A stretch of DNA of 64,000 nt from Fistulifera solaris. Lineage: Eukaryota. The notes beneath the pieces are model-generated. The model searched no databases. It was not told the DNA's origin and saw only the letters and a list, made by a program, of their open reading frames with translations. The translations under genes were made by a program, and so were the position numbers. Positions within the stretch are counted from its first letter, which is position 1. Each line of letters starts with the position of its first letter. This document shows, piece after piece, positions 52,045 through 64,000 of the stretch. The stretch spans positions 62,001 through 126,000 of the forward strand of contig AP026149.1 of assembly GCA_030295235.1 (NCBI GenBank), written 5' to 3'.

Positions 52045-52421
52045 TGCTGGTTGCGAACGCAAAAGTGTCGGGGTAAATTGGCTGCTGCTACGGGGAAAGG
52101 AGAAGCTCTCTCTTTCGCAAAATGATTTGTGATGGAATCGGAAGGTGCGCCTCGTAGCTCGCAGCAATGTGCGGATTCGATCGCTTGGATCCGAGAAGAT
52201 CTTAAAATCTGACGTCATTCTACTCTTTACTATATAGTAAATCTACACTGACTGGTGACTGATGTCAGCGAACGTGAACGAGGCTTCCTTCCGTACAACG
52301 GGCAGGCAAAAGCTAACGCTATCCAACGCACAAAGCCTGACAATACTTTGTAGTAAGTCGTCAAAAAGGCGACGTGATGCAAATGACAAAAGTAAAACAA
52401 TAGGAGTACATTCGTTATAAG

Positions 52422-55400
52422 TTAAAAAGGCAACTGAAAAGTCACGCGTTTCTTACGAGTGCCACCAACTTCCGCTGGCTCCAACAAAGACCCATCAAAT
52501 CGTTTGCGTTTTTTGTATGACGCCGGTATATCCAACGAAAGCGCATTTGCCTTTGATTTACTGTTCGCCTTCTCTGATCCATTTCCCAGTCGTTGGTAGT
52601 CGGTGTTAAGATGGAGAGCTAATAGCAGTGAATGCAGTTTCTTTCGCTCTTTATCTTGCGCACTTAGCTCTTCCTTGGGTCCTTCTTGCTCATCCGCCTT
52701 CACATCCATCATGATTTCCTCGACACTGTGCTGTGCCACCAAAGTTTCTACTTCCACTCGACCGTGAGCTCCCATACGCCACGCTCTTGCTACGACTTGG
52801 TCCTCCAGTGCCTTGTCCCAAATCTCTTCAAGCAGAAAAATGTGGGTGACGAAACTCAGATCCAAACCCTCGGAACCATCTTTGGTAAGCAAAGGCACAC
52901 GCACTCACTGTGGTGAATGAATTTAGACAACTCTTCTTTACGATATCGACCCCAGTACTCGGCGACGCAGGCGGAACCAAACCGACGATACAACCGATCT
53001 CCCACAACATTCAAAGCCTTACGGAACTGAGAAAATACGATCACTTTTAATGGCCGCTGGTTTTTGGAATTGGAGTGGAGGGCGGCTATTTTGTTGATCA
53101 AATAATGTGATTTCGATTCATCTTTGGGGCAGTCTGTGGCTGTACGACTGCACGCTGCACAGCGGCAATCCTCATTCATGAGATTGCAAGCGTTGTGCTC
53201 TTCCCAACATAATAGGCATCTGTGATTCCGGGCAAAAGACAATGTTTCTTTGTCGCGGTATTCGCAAATGTGACCATCACCAAATTTATTGGTTCGTCTT
53301 GGCAGAATCGGATTCGCGATGTTCATCCCATTTCCGGCTCGTGCACCCGGCTGTATTGCACGAGGAAGGAGCTGGTGGTGAGGCGTCTCAGTTTCACTTA
53401 TGCGCTCAGGATCCTTTAGGTTTGATTGCCAAGTCATTGTAAAGCCGGGCTGTAGCCGTTGAAAGTCGTCAACATCATATTCGTCTCCGCACGCGATGCA
53501 TGTTGTGGACTGACTATCAAAGCACTCTGTGCAAGTTAGATGTCCGCAGCATGATGGTAGTAATAGAGTGGTCAATCCAAGATGACACACGGAACAAAAG
53601 GATAAACCTTCCGATTCAGCGGCATGCATGAATTCCCGGATTGGCACCAAGTCCAAATTATGAAGCTCCGCTAGTTCGATGGTCTCACGCCAATTTTTAT
53701 CTGTTAAAACAGGGACAACTCTGGACCATCCAATACAGACACGACGAACGTTTTCTAACGCTTCTCTAGCATGTCTCGCATTGCTTCGATGAAGTAACGA
53801 GTCTTGCTTGCCTGATGTTTTACCCACCATCGAGGTGAGCAGAATATTTGATTGAACAGCTGATACCAGTGTATTGTAGGTGTTGACTTCAATTTCACTC
53901 ATTGGAATTATTTCTTTTCGGAACAACGGAAATGGTAACTCTTCAATATCAAGTTTGGTATGACGTCTCATCAAGAGTATCAAAAGCGAGCGCAACCGAT
54001 AGAATGAGACAGGATCTTTTCCTTTCCATCGGTCCATGATCTCCTTTTTCCAAAACTGATCTCCATCTCCCTTTGAAACAAAAAAATCATGGCGAAGGAA
54101 GCGAAGCAGGGCTTTTACTTGATTCAGTTGCATTGTGTTGTGCTTCGTCGGTGTTCCAGTCATAGCCCACCGTCGCTCAGCATGAATCCAAGAAGCAAAT
54201 TGAATAGATGAATTTTCGTGACCTTTTGCCATGGAGTGGCCCTCGTCTATCACCATGCGATGCCAATGGATTTTCAACAGTGAACACACATTCTTTTCAG
54301 ATGCTTGCAGGCCTTCCAAATACCACGGTATCTCGTTGCCTTCCGATCGTCGCGCATCCTGCTGCTCAAAACTGCCATTCTTCCACTCATTTGAGAACCT
54401 TTGGATTGTCGTAATTACAATTTGGAAGCGAGCCAAGAACTCACGAGGTGGAAGAGGCTTTGTTCCGCCCCGATCGAGAAAAACCAGGGCACTATGAGAC
54501 GTTTGGAGCAAGCGCTTTGCTTCGTTCAATTCTAGTTTCATATTTTCCCCAAAGTTAAAAATCATTGGCGACAGGGAAGTCAGAAACTGAAAGTTTACAT
54601 GAAGACGTATTTGTTCCTGGCACGAAAAAGCAATAGGTTAGTTATGATCATGTCAGTGCATGTGAGACAAGAATCATCTCACCTCCCAATGGTCCATCAG
54701 AACGGCAGGGACAACAAGTAACGTCGCTTTAGATGGCAAAAGAGATTTAAAAAATTTGATTCGGCGTGCGTCCGATACGAGGGCAGCTACCGCAGAGTTC
54801 GGCTTCGACGTAACACTGGAGAAATATTTTCTAGCATGTTCAACGTTGTGTTCCTTGAATTCCAAAGCTTTTTCTCGTAGTCTCGGTATCACTCGATCGG
54901 CGTGCTCGAGACTGGCTTGCAGTATCAATCTGGAGTTACAAAATGAACAGTGATGAGGTATCAATCATGACCGCAAATATCTCGGTCTCGCAACTTACTC
55001 AAAATCGTCGTGGAAGTGCTGAAATGATTCATAGTTAAGTTCCGCCAGCTTCTGTAATTTCTTAGTGGGAAGGAAACTCGCATGCGTAGTCTCCGACTTG
55101 ATGAATTGATTGATGAATTTCAAAGAGCGCTTCGCCGATTATCATGCGCACAATATTGTTCCTCCCAGTACGCATTGAAAATCTTGTCACTCTCCACGGA
55201 CTTTCCCACAAGGGTGGGCGTCTCTGGTAGCATTCCTGCGGTTTGTAAAATCAGCGAGAGAACGGTGATGGTTTTACCCAGACCTGGGTCGTCACAAAGC
55301 AAGCCACCGCGTGCCACTAATCGATTCATCTTTGCCAACGATCCGTCGCACTCTTGACCCGTCAGCTGACTGATCCGAACTTGCTCGCCGGTTGAGCGAA

Positions 55401-56372
55401 GCTCCAGAAGACTCGCCACACCGCCGGAAGCAGCCCTATAATCGTCTCCCTCAACGGCAAATAGCCGCGTATGGCTACTGCTGCAAAGATCGGACTCGGT
55501 TTGACTACGGCACTCGCGTTCTCGCATCCATGCGAGCGATCGCTTTGGTGTTGGAATAAACGTAGCTTGAGTCCAGGGACGACGGTCTGCAATATCCCAT
55601 ATAGCTGCGAACACGATTGTCGGAGCACCTGTAACTCCCGGGCGCCCAAAAAGGGAGCAATGTGATCCGTCCAAATATCTGCTGAAAGCTGCATAAGACC
55701 CGTTGCATTTCCTTGCTTTGTGGCGACTCTTCTTTGAAAGAGTGTTTTGGTAAGAGGCGAGTCGTTGATTTGTTGATATACTTCCTCTAGATTCCACCGC
55801 ATCGGTAGTACAGTGGTTCGTAGCGCTTTCTGTAGTCTTTCATTGTCTTTGATATGCATTATTCCTTTCATAAACATTTCCAGATACCTCCAATCACTTC
55901 GGAGTGATGCCAACAACGCCTGCGTAGCTGGATGCAATCGATCTCCAGGAAAAATTGATTTTCGAGTTGTAGCGTAATCGTGGTGTGTTAGATGCGGGAA
56001 ATCGACAGTAATGACGATCGATGCATACTGGTCGTCCCAAAACATCACTTGCATGCACTGTATTTGCACCAACTCCTCACAGAATTGAAGCATCCCCACT
56101 AAGGATATAAGTTCCGAGCCTTGCTTTCTGTGACAAGTACACACTGTCGTTTGTCTTTGCCCATCGTGTTGCGGAATTTCCGGAAGAAATACTTCCACTC
56201 GATCGTCGTAAACATGCATCGGTAGACAACATGCGCTGCAACTCACGTCCAACGCGGATTGTTGACACTCTTGTCGAAGAGTCACATCTCGCCATGCCCA
56301 TGGAGAGAAAGAATTTTCGGTAGATAGTTCAATCTCCACTTTTTCGAACAAAAAGTACGCCCATTCGTTCAT
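52422..56372 (-). CDS. F-box + SNF2 helicase + RING protein (architecture like plant At3g54460); two introns and frameshifts
   Basis: LMQLSADIW..HIAPFL F-box; GGLLCDDPGLGKT; TLLVVP; IDEGH; WAMTGTP; CSVC..CCGHLTCTEC..CIAC; KVIVFSQF; EGLDLS; QVVARAWRMG. Confidence 0.9.
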
Positions 56373-56813
56373 TCGTTCCGTTCTTGGCAAAAAGGATAGG
56401 AGCGGGAAGCGAGCTTTTGAAGTACTAGCTAGTATTGTACCGTCTCGTTCGACCGTATCTTTCTCCCGTGACTAATTCTGTCTGATGTCGAACTAAAATC
56501 CTTCTTTCATTGATTCAATACGCTCGGAACCTTCAGCGTGGAATGAATGAGCCCGTGCATAGACGATGTTCTAAAGTTCGATGAATGAATTGAGGAGGTC
56601 GTCGCAAATAAACTGCGAGTGAAAAGTGAAACACGGAAGCACAGAACGGGTGACGGACACATTGAATCCTACCGGTTAAGACATACTCTACGTAGTCATT
56701 CGATGAATTAACACAATGTAGCAAAGTAGCTGGCCAGGGATAATTACACAGTTTACATTCTTGTTACAAGTCCTGATCATCAAGCACCATCTATGCAGAT
56801 ATGTCACTCTTCA

Positions 56814-57321
56814 TCACCCTTTTCTGAAGCAGCTGTGCTCGAATGATCCGTCGAAATGGGAATAAAACGCGAGTTCTCGACAATTTTTGCATGTTTTTTG
56901 GGAGCCAACAAAATCAAAACTCCATCGTGCATTTTGGCTTCAAATTGCTCAGCTTCCACAGATGGATCAAGCGAAAAGCTCTGAGAAAAATTTGAGACGA
57001 GAAGCTGTATCCTTCACCCGCGAATTCCCTCAATGGATAGCATGCGACGACCTTCCTCCACTTCGTCGGGCTTCAAGTCTGGTAAGTCTAAGGCAATCTA
57101 AAACTTCTCGTCGTCGTTCGTGACCTCGTATCAGGGTGCCCAGTTCTGAAGCATCCCTTTCGCCAAGTCACGATGCAACAACGAGTACTCTTGAGGCACC
57201 GGAACCATTGGTCGGGTCATTATGTCGCTGAAACCGAACCCAAAGGCTTGCGTCGTAGCCGGAGGAATCATTGATCCAATTGACGTGACAAAAACACGGG
57301 AATTATCTTCATTTTCATCAT
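56814..57321 (-). pseudogene. Small heat-shock protein (HSP20) pseudogene
   Basis: Manual translation WAP*YEVTNDDEKF*IALDLPDLKP...MLSIEG...FSQSFSLDPSVEAEQFEAKMHDGVLILLAPK; stops TGA 57131-57133 and TAG 57098-57100. Confidence 0.85.
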
Positions 57322-57483
57322 GGTGAAACTGTGAATCACCATCGTTGCGCATAAGGTCTTTTACCAATTTATGAGAATCGCAAATCAAAGGTCCGATCCC
57401 CGATGATTCGCAAATCATACTTCGCATCCATCCCCCATTCCCGTTCAAGCGAGTGAAGTAGTGTGTACGAAAGAATTAACACA

Positions 57484-57792
57484 TTAGATAATTGTTATGT
57501 TGGTCCGATCTTCTTCTTCAATACGAGCCCCGCAGGAAACCGTCCGCAAAGTAATGAAACCGCGGGTTTCTCCAAATCATGACTCGACCCGGTTGCGTAA
57601 AGCCAGGGATTGTCCTGGATCGGGTATACGCTGCCACTCGTCGGATGTTACCCACTCGATCACTGCAGCGACATACCAATCGAATTGGACTCCATTCGTT
57701 CTCCGTAAACCGCAGTTTAATGACGGCATCAGGCGGCAATATCCGCGATTGCGCCAATGCGTCCCACGTAATGCCTCCGGCCATGCGCTCAT
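57484..57792 (-). CDS. Small hypothetical protein, frameshifted
   Basis: Joined frames give RRVAAYTRSRTIPGF..GRVMIWRNPRFHYFADG-SCGARIEEEDRTNITII*; looks like a conserved domain, not firmly identified. Confidence 0.4.
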
Positions 57793-58822
57793 TATCGTGT
57801 CGCTTCTTTTGAAAAGAAATACGAAACAGACAGCAGCGATGCCTAGAAGGTAAAGAAGATTGGGAGTACTATTGAGGGAAGGCATCGTTTCAAAGAGAAC
57901 AGTAAGAAGATACAAGTATGTCGCGAAGAAATGTTTTTCCGTCGGCTTCGTTCCTCACGCTCACGCCATTGTTTCTTTGGGTTAAAGTTAACGGTTTCGC
58001 GATGTGACACGATGGAGTGCGCAACGGCAGTTGTCGGCACGAAATTGTGAGTGCCTAACAAAATCGATACTTTCCGCCAAATAGGTTTTTTACTTAACAA
58101 ATTTGAAATCTACACTTAGGAGAATTGAGACTTAGATTCTATAACAAAAATCATTCTCAAAACCTATTTAAGTCAGAAACTTCCAATCAACGACTTTTCT
58201 TACCGCCCTGGCGCGAAATCGCCCGTAATTATTGTCAAACATCACGCGCGCAATTTTAATTTTTGACGATCCTTATTTTTCGCCGTGTCGCAATCAACGA
58301 GCCTACTATTCGCTGTCTATTACCATGGGACCATCCAACACAAATACTCTTCAGGGACAAATCGCGTCATTTCCATCAAAAGGAGAAAGAGGAGTAAATC
58401 ATCAGGTGGTCTCCCGCAAACCGTTCAACTTACTCGTTGACAACCAACGAGCGATCGTTGATCATGGCGAAAAGGTGAGTGTTTTGAAAGTCTCCGTTAG
58501 AAATTGAGATACGTTATTTGGCAGTTATTTTGTTTTGAAAAAAGATTTTTGAGTACACTTTTTCGAGAGTACCTTTCCCGCGAAAACAGATTTTGTATAA
58601 GATTTTGTCGAATCATCTGCCGGTGCACTTTCGTCTCATAGTGAGTAATAACGGTCAAAGTTCTCGTTCCGTCTAAACCGTTGCAATCTTGCCAATTTCT
58701 CGCTAACCACGACAAATAATGACAAATCCGGAGTGGCGCAACGCACGAATGGAACATTCATCGAATGCCCACAAAATCCATGAAAGATTTGGTCGCAACG
58801 AAAATCAAACCATTTGACTAAC

Positions 58823-59245
58823 ATGACTGCTTCTCCTTTCCGTAACCGCATCTCCATATATAATCGCCGCTGCCTGGTGACTCCCTCACAAATCATTGAT
58901 GATTCTTCTTTGATGTTGAAGACGAGTTTGCCAGTGAAATCACAGAATGCTCTTCGAAAACCTATCAGGTCTTTATCACAAGGTTCAGAAAACAGGGAAG
59001 AGTTTCCATCAGAGGGCACATCGAATAACAGGGAAATATTCCGTACGATGTCCTGGATGGACGATGAGTCAAACGACGACGTTTTGAATGAACTATGGAC
59101 TTTGAAGCGCGCGAACCCCATACAATCAGAGAGCGACGATGAATTGGAAGATGAATATGCTAGTCCATCCAAACGAAGTTGCTTGAACTGGGGGGATCGC
59201 TTAGAAAACGATAGTTTCATCGTGTTTCAGCAGCTCGAACGCTAA
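58823..59245 (+). CDS. Hypothetical protein (~140 aa)
   Basis: ATG-initiated ORF with acidic C-terminal tract; no family recognised. Confidence 0.45.
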   Translation: MTASPFRNRISIYNRRCLVTPSQIIDDSSLMLKTSLPVKSQNALRKPIRSLSQGSENREEFPSEGTSNNREIFRTMSWMDDESNDDVLNELWTLKRANPIQSESDDELEDEYASPSKRSCLNWGDRLENDSFIVFQQLER

Positions 59246-59357
59246 GCATCCTGCTTGGCCTTGTCCAAATACATTCACGTTACATGCAAATATCACTCTG
59301 ATTATACACTATAAACGCTATTGAGCAACCTCTTTTGAACTAGATTCTTTGATGCGT

Positions 59358-59604
59358 TTCTCTTTTCTGACCGTGTTATAGCTTCGGGTAGATTCGTGAT
59401 CATGACGCGGTCTTAGGCGTCCTGAGCATTTGCCAGGAGTAAAGAATATTCATTGGTCGCGTACAAGAGAGCAAGCAAGTTCACAATTCTCTTTTCTGAC
59501 CTAACAGATTCGTGATCATGACGCGATCTTAGGCGTCCTGAGCATTTGCCATGAGTACAAAGTATTAATTGGCCACGTACAAGAAAGCGCGCAAGTTCAC
59601 TATT
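59358..59604. repeat. Diverged tandem duplication (~116-129-bp unit, 2 copies)
   Basis: AGATTCGTGATCATGACGCG..TCTTAGGCGTCCTGAGCATTTGCCA..CGTACAAG..GCAAGTTCAC at 59390 and 59506. Confidence 0.9.
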
Positions 59605-60091
59605 GATCCTGCTCTGAAATGGTTATTTGTCATTTGTTAGGTTCCTTTAATTGCAAATAATAGACTAGCTATGTTGGAAGAGAGCACTCAAGCTAACCTC
59701 ATGGTTGACTACAAAGTACAGTAAGAGTACGGTACGGTCCCGGTACCAGCGAAAGAAAAAACCTGATCTTTAATCGAGATTTACAACCGTTACGCATAAC
59801 CATTAACCATCCTGGCGATTTGTGTAGTTATTTATTTCCATGTTTTATCCGTTGAGCTTTGATTTGCTCTAAATAGAAATCGCCAAAGAAGGGGTCCAAT
59901 TGAAAGAATGCGTGCTTGCGTACAGTTTAGCCCAATGACTTTCAATTATATAGTCAACAACGGCGATCCTTCCGAGATCGTTTAACTCTCCAAAAAACAG
60001 AGGATCAGGCGTGGTAACACCACTCGATTCTTTTCACAAACCCGTTTGACGCACGGTGGATAGCTTTTCTTTGAATATATTTGACTAAACG

Positions 60092-61746
60092 ATGAAGTTT
60101 GTTGCTGGTATCATCGCGGCTTTATTCGCCTCGTCGGAGGCTCACCGCATCGGCAACAAGAAGGTTGATGCTCGCAAATTGATGGCATCGGCCGTGCAAG
60201 TTGATCCCAAGACCATGCGTAAATTGCAAAACAACAACAACGAAAACGCCTTTCAGCTTACGAATGCGCACTCGATTCGATTCAGTAGCTGTACTTCTTT
60301 GACGACGTCATCCCCGAATGATGAGATCATGTTTGGTGATTTGATTCAGTACACGAAGAAAGGTCAGATCGTTGCGGAGAAGTCTTACGTTTTGTTCAAC
60401 ATTTGTGAGACGGACAGTTGCGCCTACTATTCGAACTCGGATCCCTTGTTCATGGTAGACTTGGGTACCTACATGGCTTCTATGGTAGACTACATGCCGC
60501 AGCAGCACCAGGAGTACTGCAACGCTTGTGAGGGAGCTCAAGATTACTGCCAGTAAGTGTTCTTTCGTCTGTGGATTATTACATACCATCATCATGTATT
60601 CTTCGGTGCTCATCGGCAATTTTCTCTCTTAGAAACAACGGGGCCAATCAAGATGCCGCTCAGGCGAACGAGGGACAGGAACAGCAGGCTGAGGGCCAGC
60701 AGGAAGGCGAGCAGCAGCAGGCAAACGAAGGTCAACAAGAAGGTGCCGAACAGCAGGCTGAGGGACAGCAAGAAGGTGCGGAACAACAAGCGGAGGGTCA
60801 GCAAGAAGGCCAACAGGAGGGTGCCGAACAGCAGGCGGAAGGAGGTCAGCGTAAACTCCAGAACAACAACAACAACAATTTCGAGGTTATCGATTGTAAC
60901 GTTTGTGAAGCACGAAACTGCTGGGCTAACAACAATAACGCTGATCAACAGCAGGCGGAAGCTGAAGAAGGCTACGTAGCCGTCAACGACCAAAACATTG
61001 TTGCTTGGGTTGAAGGTATCGCCGGGTGTCAACAAACCGCTTCGTATTGGGATGCCTATCCGCTTTATGCTGGTTGGATCTGTAATGCTGCTGGAAATGG
61101 TGTCGAGATCGGTATTTTCTTGGACGATCAATGCTCCATCTACACCTCGACCAAGAACTACAAGAATGTTGTTGGACAAGACGCGTCGGAATTGTTCTAC
61201 AACTCTCAGGATGTTGTCACGTACCCCTTTATGAATGCTTTGAGCTGTGGCAATCAAGTTCAATACATTACACCTGAAGAGTATGCCAATATGCAAGCCA
61301 ACGGAAATGACGCTAATAACGCTGAGAATGGAAACGGGGAAGCCAGCCAGATGTGCAGGGAGCTCATGAACGGACAAGCTATCAGCGTCGATGATTGCAA
61401 CGCTGATGGTCAGGAAGATCAAGTCGACAATGAAATCGAAGGAGACGAGACGGCAGGTTACGCGTGGTACAAATACCTCATCACCAATGACAATTCCGCA
61501 AATAACCAGGCGGTGTGCAAGATTTTGCAGACTATGGAAGGTGAATACACTGTTGTTTACAACGGTAACGAAAAACATGGCTCCGGATCTTTCTACGACT
61601 ACAGCACCAAATCGGGCTTCCAAAAGCGAAAAGGACTTTTTATTACTTTCATCGTTCTTGGCGTCGTTGCAATCGTTGCTGGTATCTTCGTTGTCCAAGG
61701 CTCCAACGGATCCAAGGGTAAGCGTGGAGATAGTCTACTCCAGTAA
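60092..61746 (+). CDS. Silicanin-1-like type I membrane protein; intron 60553-60632
   Basis: Signal peptide, RKL motif, SIRFSSC, SYVLFNIC, VDLGTYM, YCNAC, N/Q-rich lumenal domain, IGIFLDDQCSIY, single C-terminal TM, short tail. Confidence 0.85.
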
Positions 61747-62285
61747 ACGAACCAAAGTTTTGTTTCACCAGAGAGAAGATTGCTGTTCGTCAAGGGAATA
61801 GTTATAACTACATTGACTCAGATTTGCTTGTTTTACTTACTACGAGTCTTTTTTCAAAGTTGCGTGAAGAAGAACGAACCCTCTTATTAAAATAATTACG
61901 GTTCTTTCCCAAAAACATAAGACAACTCGTGACTCACTTGCCCCCAATCATGAGCATCTGTGAAATTCGTTATGTACTTTCTATTCTAGAACATTTCGAA
62001 GCGGTACCGGTGTTTAATTCTTTGATTCAAATGAGCGTTAAAACGTACTGTCTTTTCAAGTACCGCGGTACACATCTAGCTAAGTATTCTTATTGTATCG
62101 CTTAAACTCCGCCACATTTAGCAAGAAATAGTTTCGCTCATTTGGATTTTGTGAGAGCACCTTCATCGCTCACAAGTATTATTCACGATCGTCTTCCTCC
62201 AACCCCTACCTCTTCTTCTCGGCCAACAAAAAGGTGACCTTAACTGAGTTTATTCTGATCTCTGCTGACTTGTTAGTCTTTAGCC

Positions 62286-63973
62286 ATGAAGATTCTCGCC
62301 GGTATATTTGCCACATTCGTACTCTCGCTGGTGGCCAGTGAGCGCGTCAACATGGAGATGTTGATGGAGAATGCGCTCAAAGTGGAAAACAGAGCCACCT
62401 TGAAAGGTCGAAAGCTTGCGTATACGTCGCCCATTTCGGCAAATAAAAGTATTCAGTTCAATTCGTGTGTCTCTGTTACCACGCAACCATGGGACGAGGA
62501 TATTTTCTACGGTCAGACCAACCTAAACGCTGCCCAAAACGGAAAGATCATATCAGAGCACTCTTACGTCCTATTTAACTTGTGCGACACTGGTTCATGC
62601 ATTTATGACAGCACTGATAATTTGTACATGATTGACCTCAAGTCCTACTTGCGCAGCTTGTTGGCGTACTACCCTTCCAAACGACAAGGAGTCTGCAACA
62701 TCTGTGAGGACAGTCGGGATTATTGCGGGTAAGTATATGAGCCTGATGGTTTCGTGCAAGGTTTCGTGTGCGAAGATCCTCACTTCTCACGCCTTGATAT
62801 CGTAGAGAATATTACACCAAGAAGATTGAATACTATCAACAAAAATACCAGTACGAGCAGGATCAGCAAAACGCTGATCAAGCCCAGCAGAATGTTGGAT
62901 ATCGCCAGTTGTACAACAGCAACTCGGCTTACATGGCTAACCAAGCCGACGGAAGCCATGTCAATAAAGTCACATGCGATCAGTGTGTTCAAGATTGTTA
63001 CGAAGAAGGCGGTGAAATTGCGCAATCCAAGCTTCAAGCTGAGATGTATGCCAGTGGGAAAGGATCTCAATATGAATACGGTAACTTCTACAGCAACCAG
63101 GACAACAATCAGTATGCTTATCAGGAAGAGCAATCAGAAATTGAATTTGACAGCCTTGCACAGTGGGTGGCGGAAATCGTTAGTTGTAAAGACTCCGGCT
63201 ATGTCTACAACAACCAAAATTTATTCGCTGGTTTCATGTGCAATTCTGATGGGTCGGGTATTGAAATTGGATTGTTTTTAGATGAATACTGCTCCATCTA
63301 TACGAAGGAACAATCGTTCACCACGGCAGCTAAATACAGCGGCGGCGATGATTTGACCTACGCTTCTCAAGCAAACAAAATTGTTACGTATCCCTTCATC
63401 AATAACATTGACTGCGGTGACACAATGACATTTGCGACGCCATGGGGTGCCGTTCAAAATAACGGTAACTACTTTTCTTCTGTTTCTAGTTACTGCACAA
63501 CCCTTCTTGGAAGCGGTTCGATCAATCTTGACGACTGCACCGATGCTGTTAGCTCGAACGGGAGTCAGAACAGATATCAGCAACAATACTACAATGACAA
63601 CGGGTACCAATCCATGTACGATTACACTTTTTACAAGTATAAGCTTTCACAGAAAGATTTGCGCAGCGCGGGTACTGTGTGCAGCGTTGTTAAGAAGTCA
63701 TTGGGTCAACGCCAAGCCATCTTTGACAGCAGTCAGGGCAATGTCTACGACTATTCGGTTCGTCAACAAATGATCAAGGAACAGAGAAACGCGATGAGAG
63801 GAGAACACAGAGGGCTGAAAGTATTTGGTCTCTTTTGCGGTCTCGCCGTAGCTGCTTGGGCTCTTGTTGCGTTTTATAAGGATATTTTGGTCGCAAATGG
63901 AACCTTGTCGGAGCCTAAACGGGAACAACTTATCATTGAAGGAGACAAGGCCTATGTGCGAGAGATGTCGTAA
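62286..63973 (+). CDS. Second silicanin-1-like protein (Tyr/Gln-rich); intron 62729-62805
   Basis: Signal peptide, RKL, SIQFNSC, SYVLFNLC, MIDLKSYL, IGLFLDEYCSIY, C-terminal TM; same intron position and phase as the neighbour. Confidence 0.85.
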
Positions 63974-64000
63974 TGATGTGCACTTTTCATTTTTTTGTAT

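Noticed and set aside
60610..61698. 362-aa antisense ORF over the silicanin-like gene
   Set aside because: Shadow frame of an N/Q/E-rich gene; no motifs

Overview
Eukaryotic nuclear DNA, most likely from a diatom: two silicanin-like genes, a diatom-type cyclin, ASAFAP-like plastid presequences and short GT-AG introns. The first 7.5 kb is a DNA-transposon cluster. It holds a 4.09-kb IS630/Tc1/mariner element (1268-5353; imperfect TIRs, TA TSD) whose large transposase has a very long D-to-E spacing, and a 1.85-kb pogo deletion derivative (5609-7454) carrying a nested 606-bp hAT element with a perfect 8-bp TSD. A second hAT MITE lies at 42180-42403. The rest is gene-dense: two m-AAA/FtsH paralogs with a homogenised AAA core, ankyrin, HMG-box, fibrillin, TBC RabGAP, PH+LRAT, cystathionine gamma-synthase, EamA, ABM, OMA1-like, ABCG, proteasome alpha and beta subunits, P5CR, purple acid phosphatase, a lumenal Trx-like protein, cyclin, COQ6, GATase, a cyclophilin with a 4-nt micro-exon, an F-box/SNF2/RING helicase, an HSP20 pseudogene and a tandem silicanin-like pair. 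Many conserved genes carry single-base frameshifts, often in homopolymers, which points to long-read assembly error. The most striking unexplained signal is intergenic DNA full of stacked TA-flanked motifs (TA-CAG-TA, TA-CGG-TA, TA-CCWGG-TA, TA-CTCCG-TA). The CAG and CCG/CGG types match the termini of the resident TA-targeting transposons, suggesting self-renewing insertion/excision hotspots. No database searches were possible; family calls rest on motif recognition.
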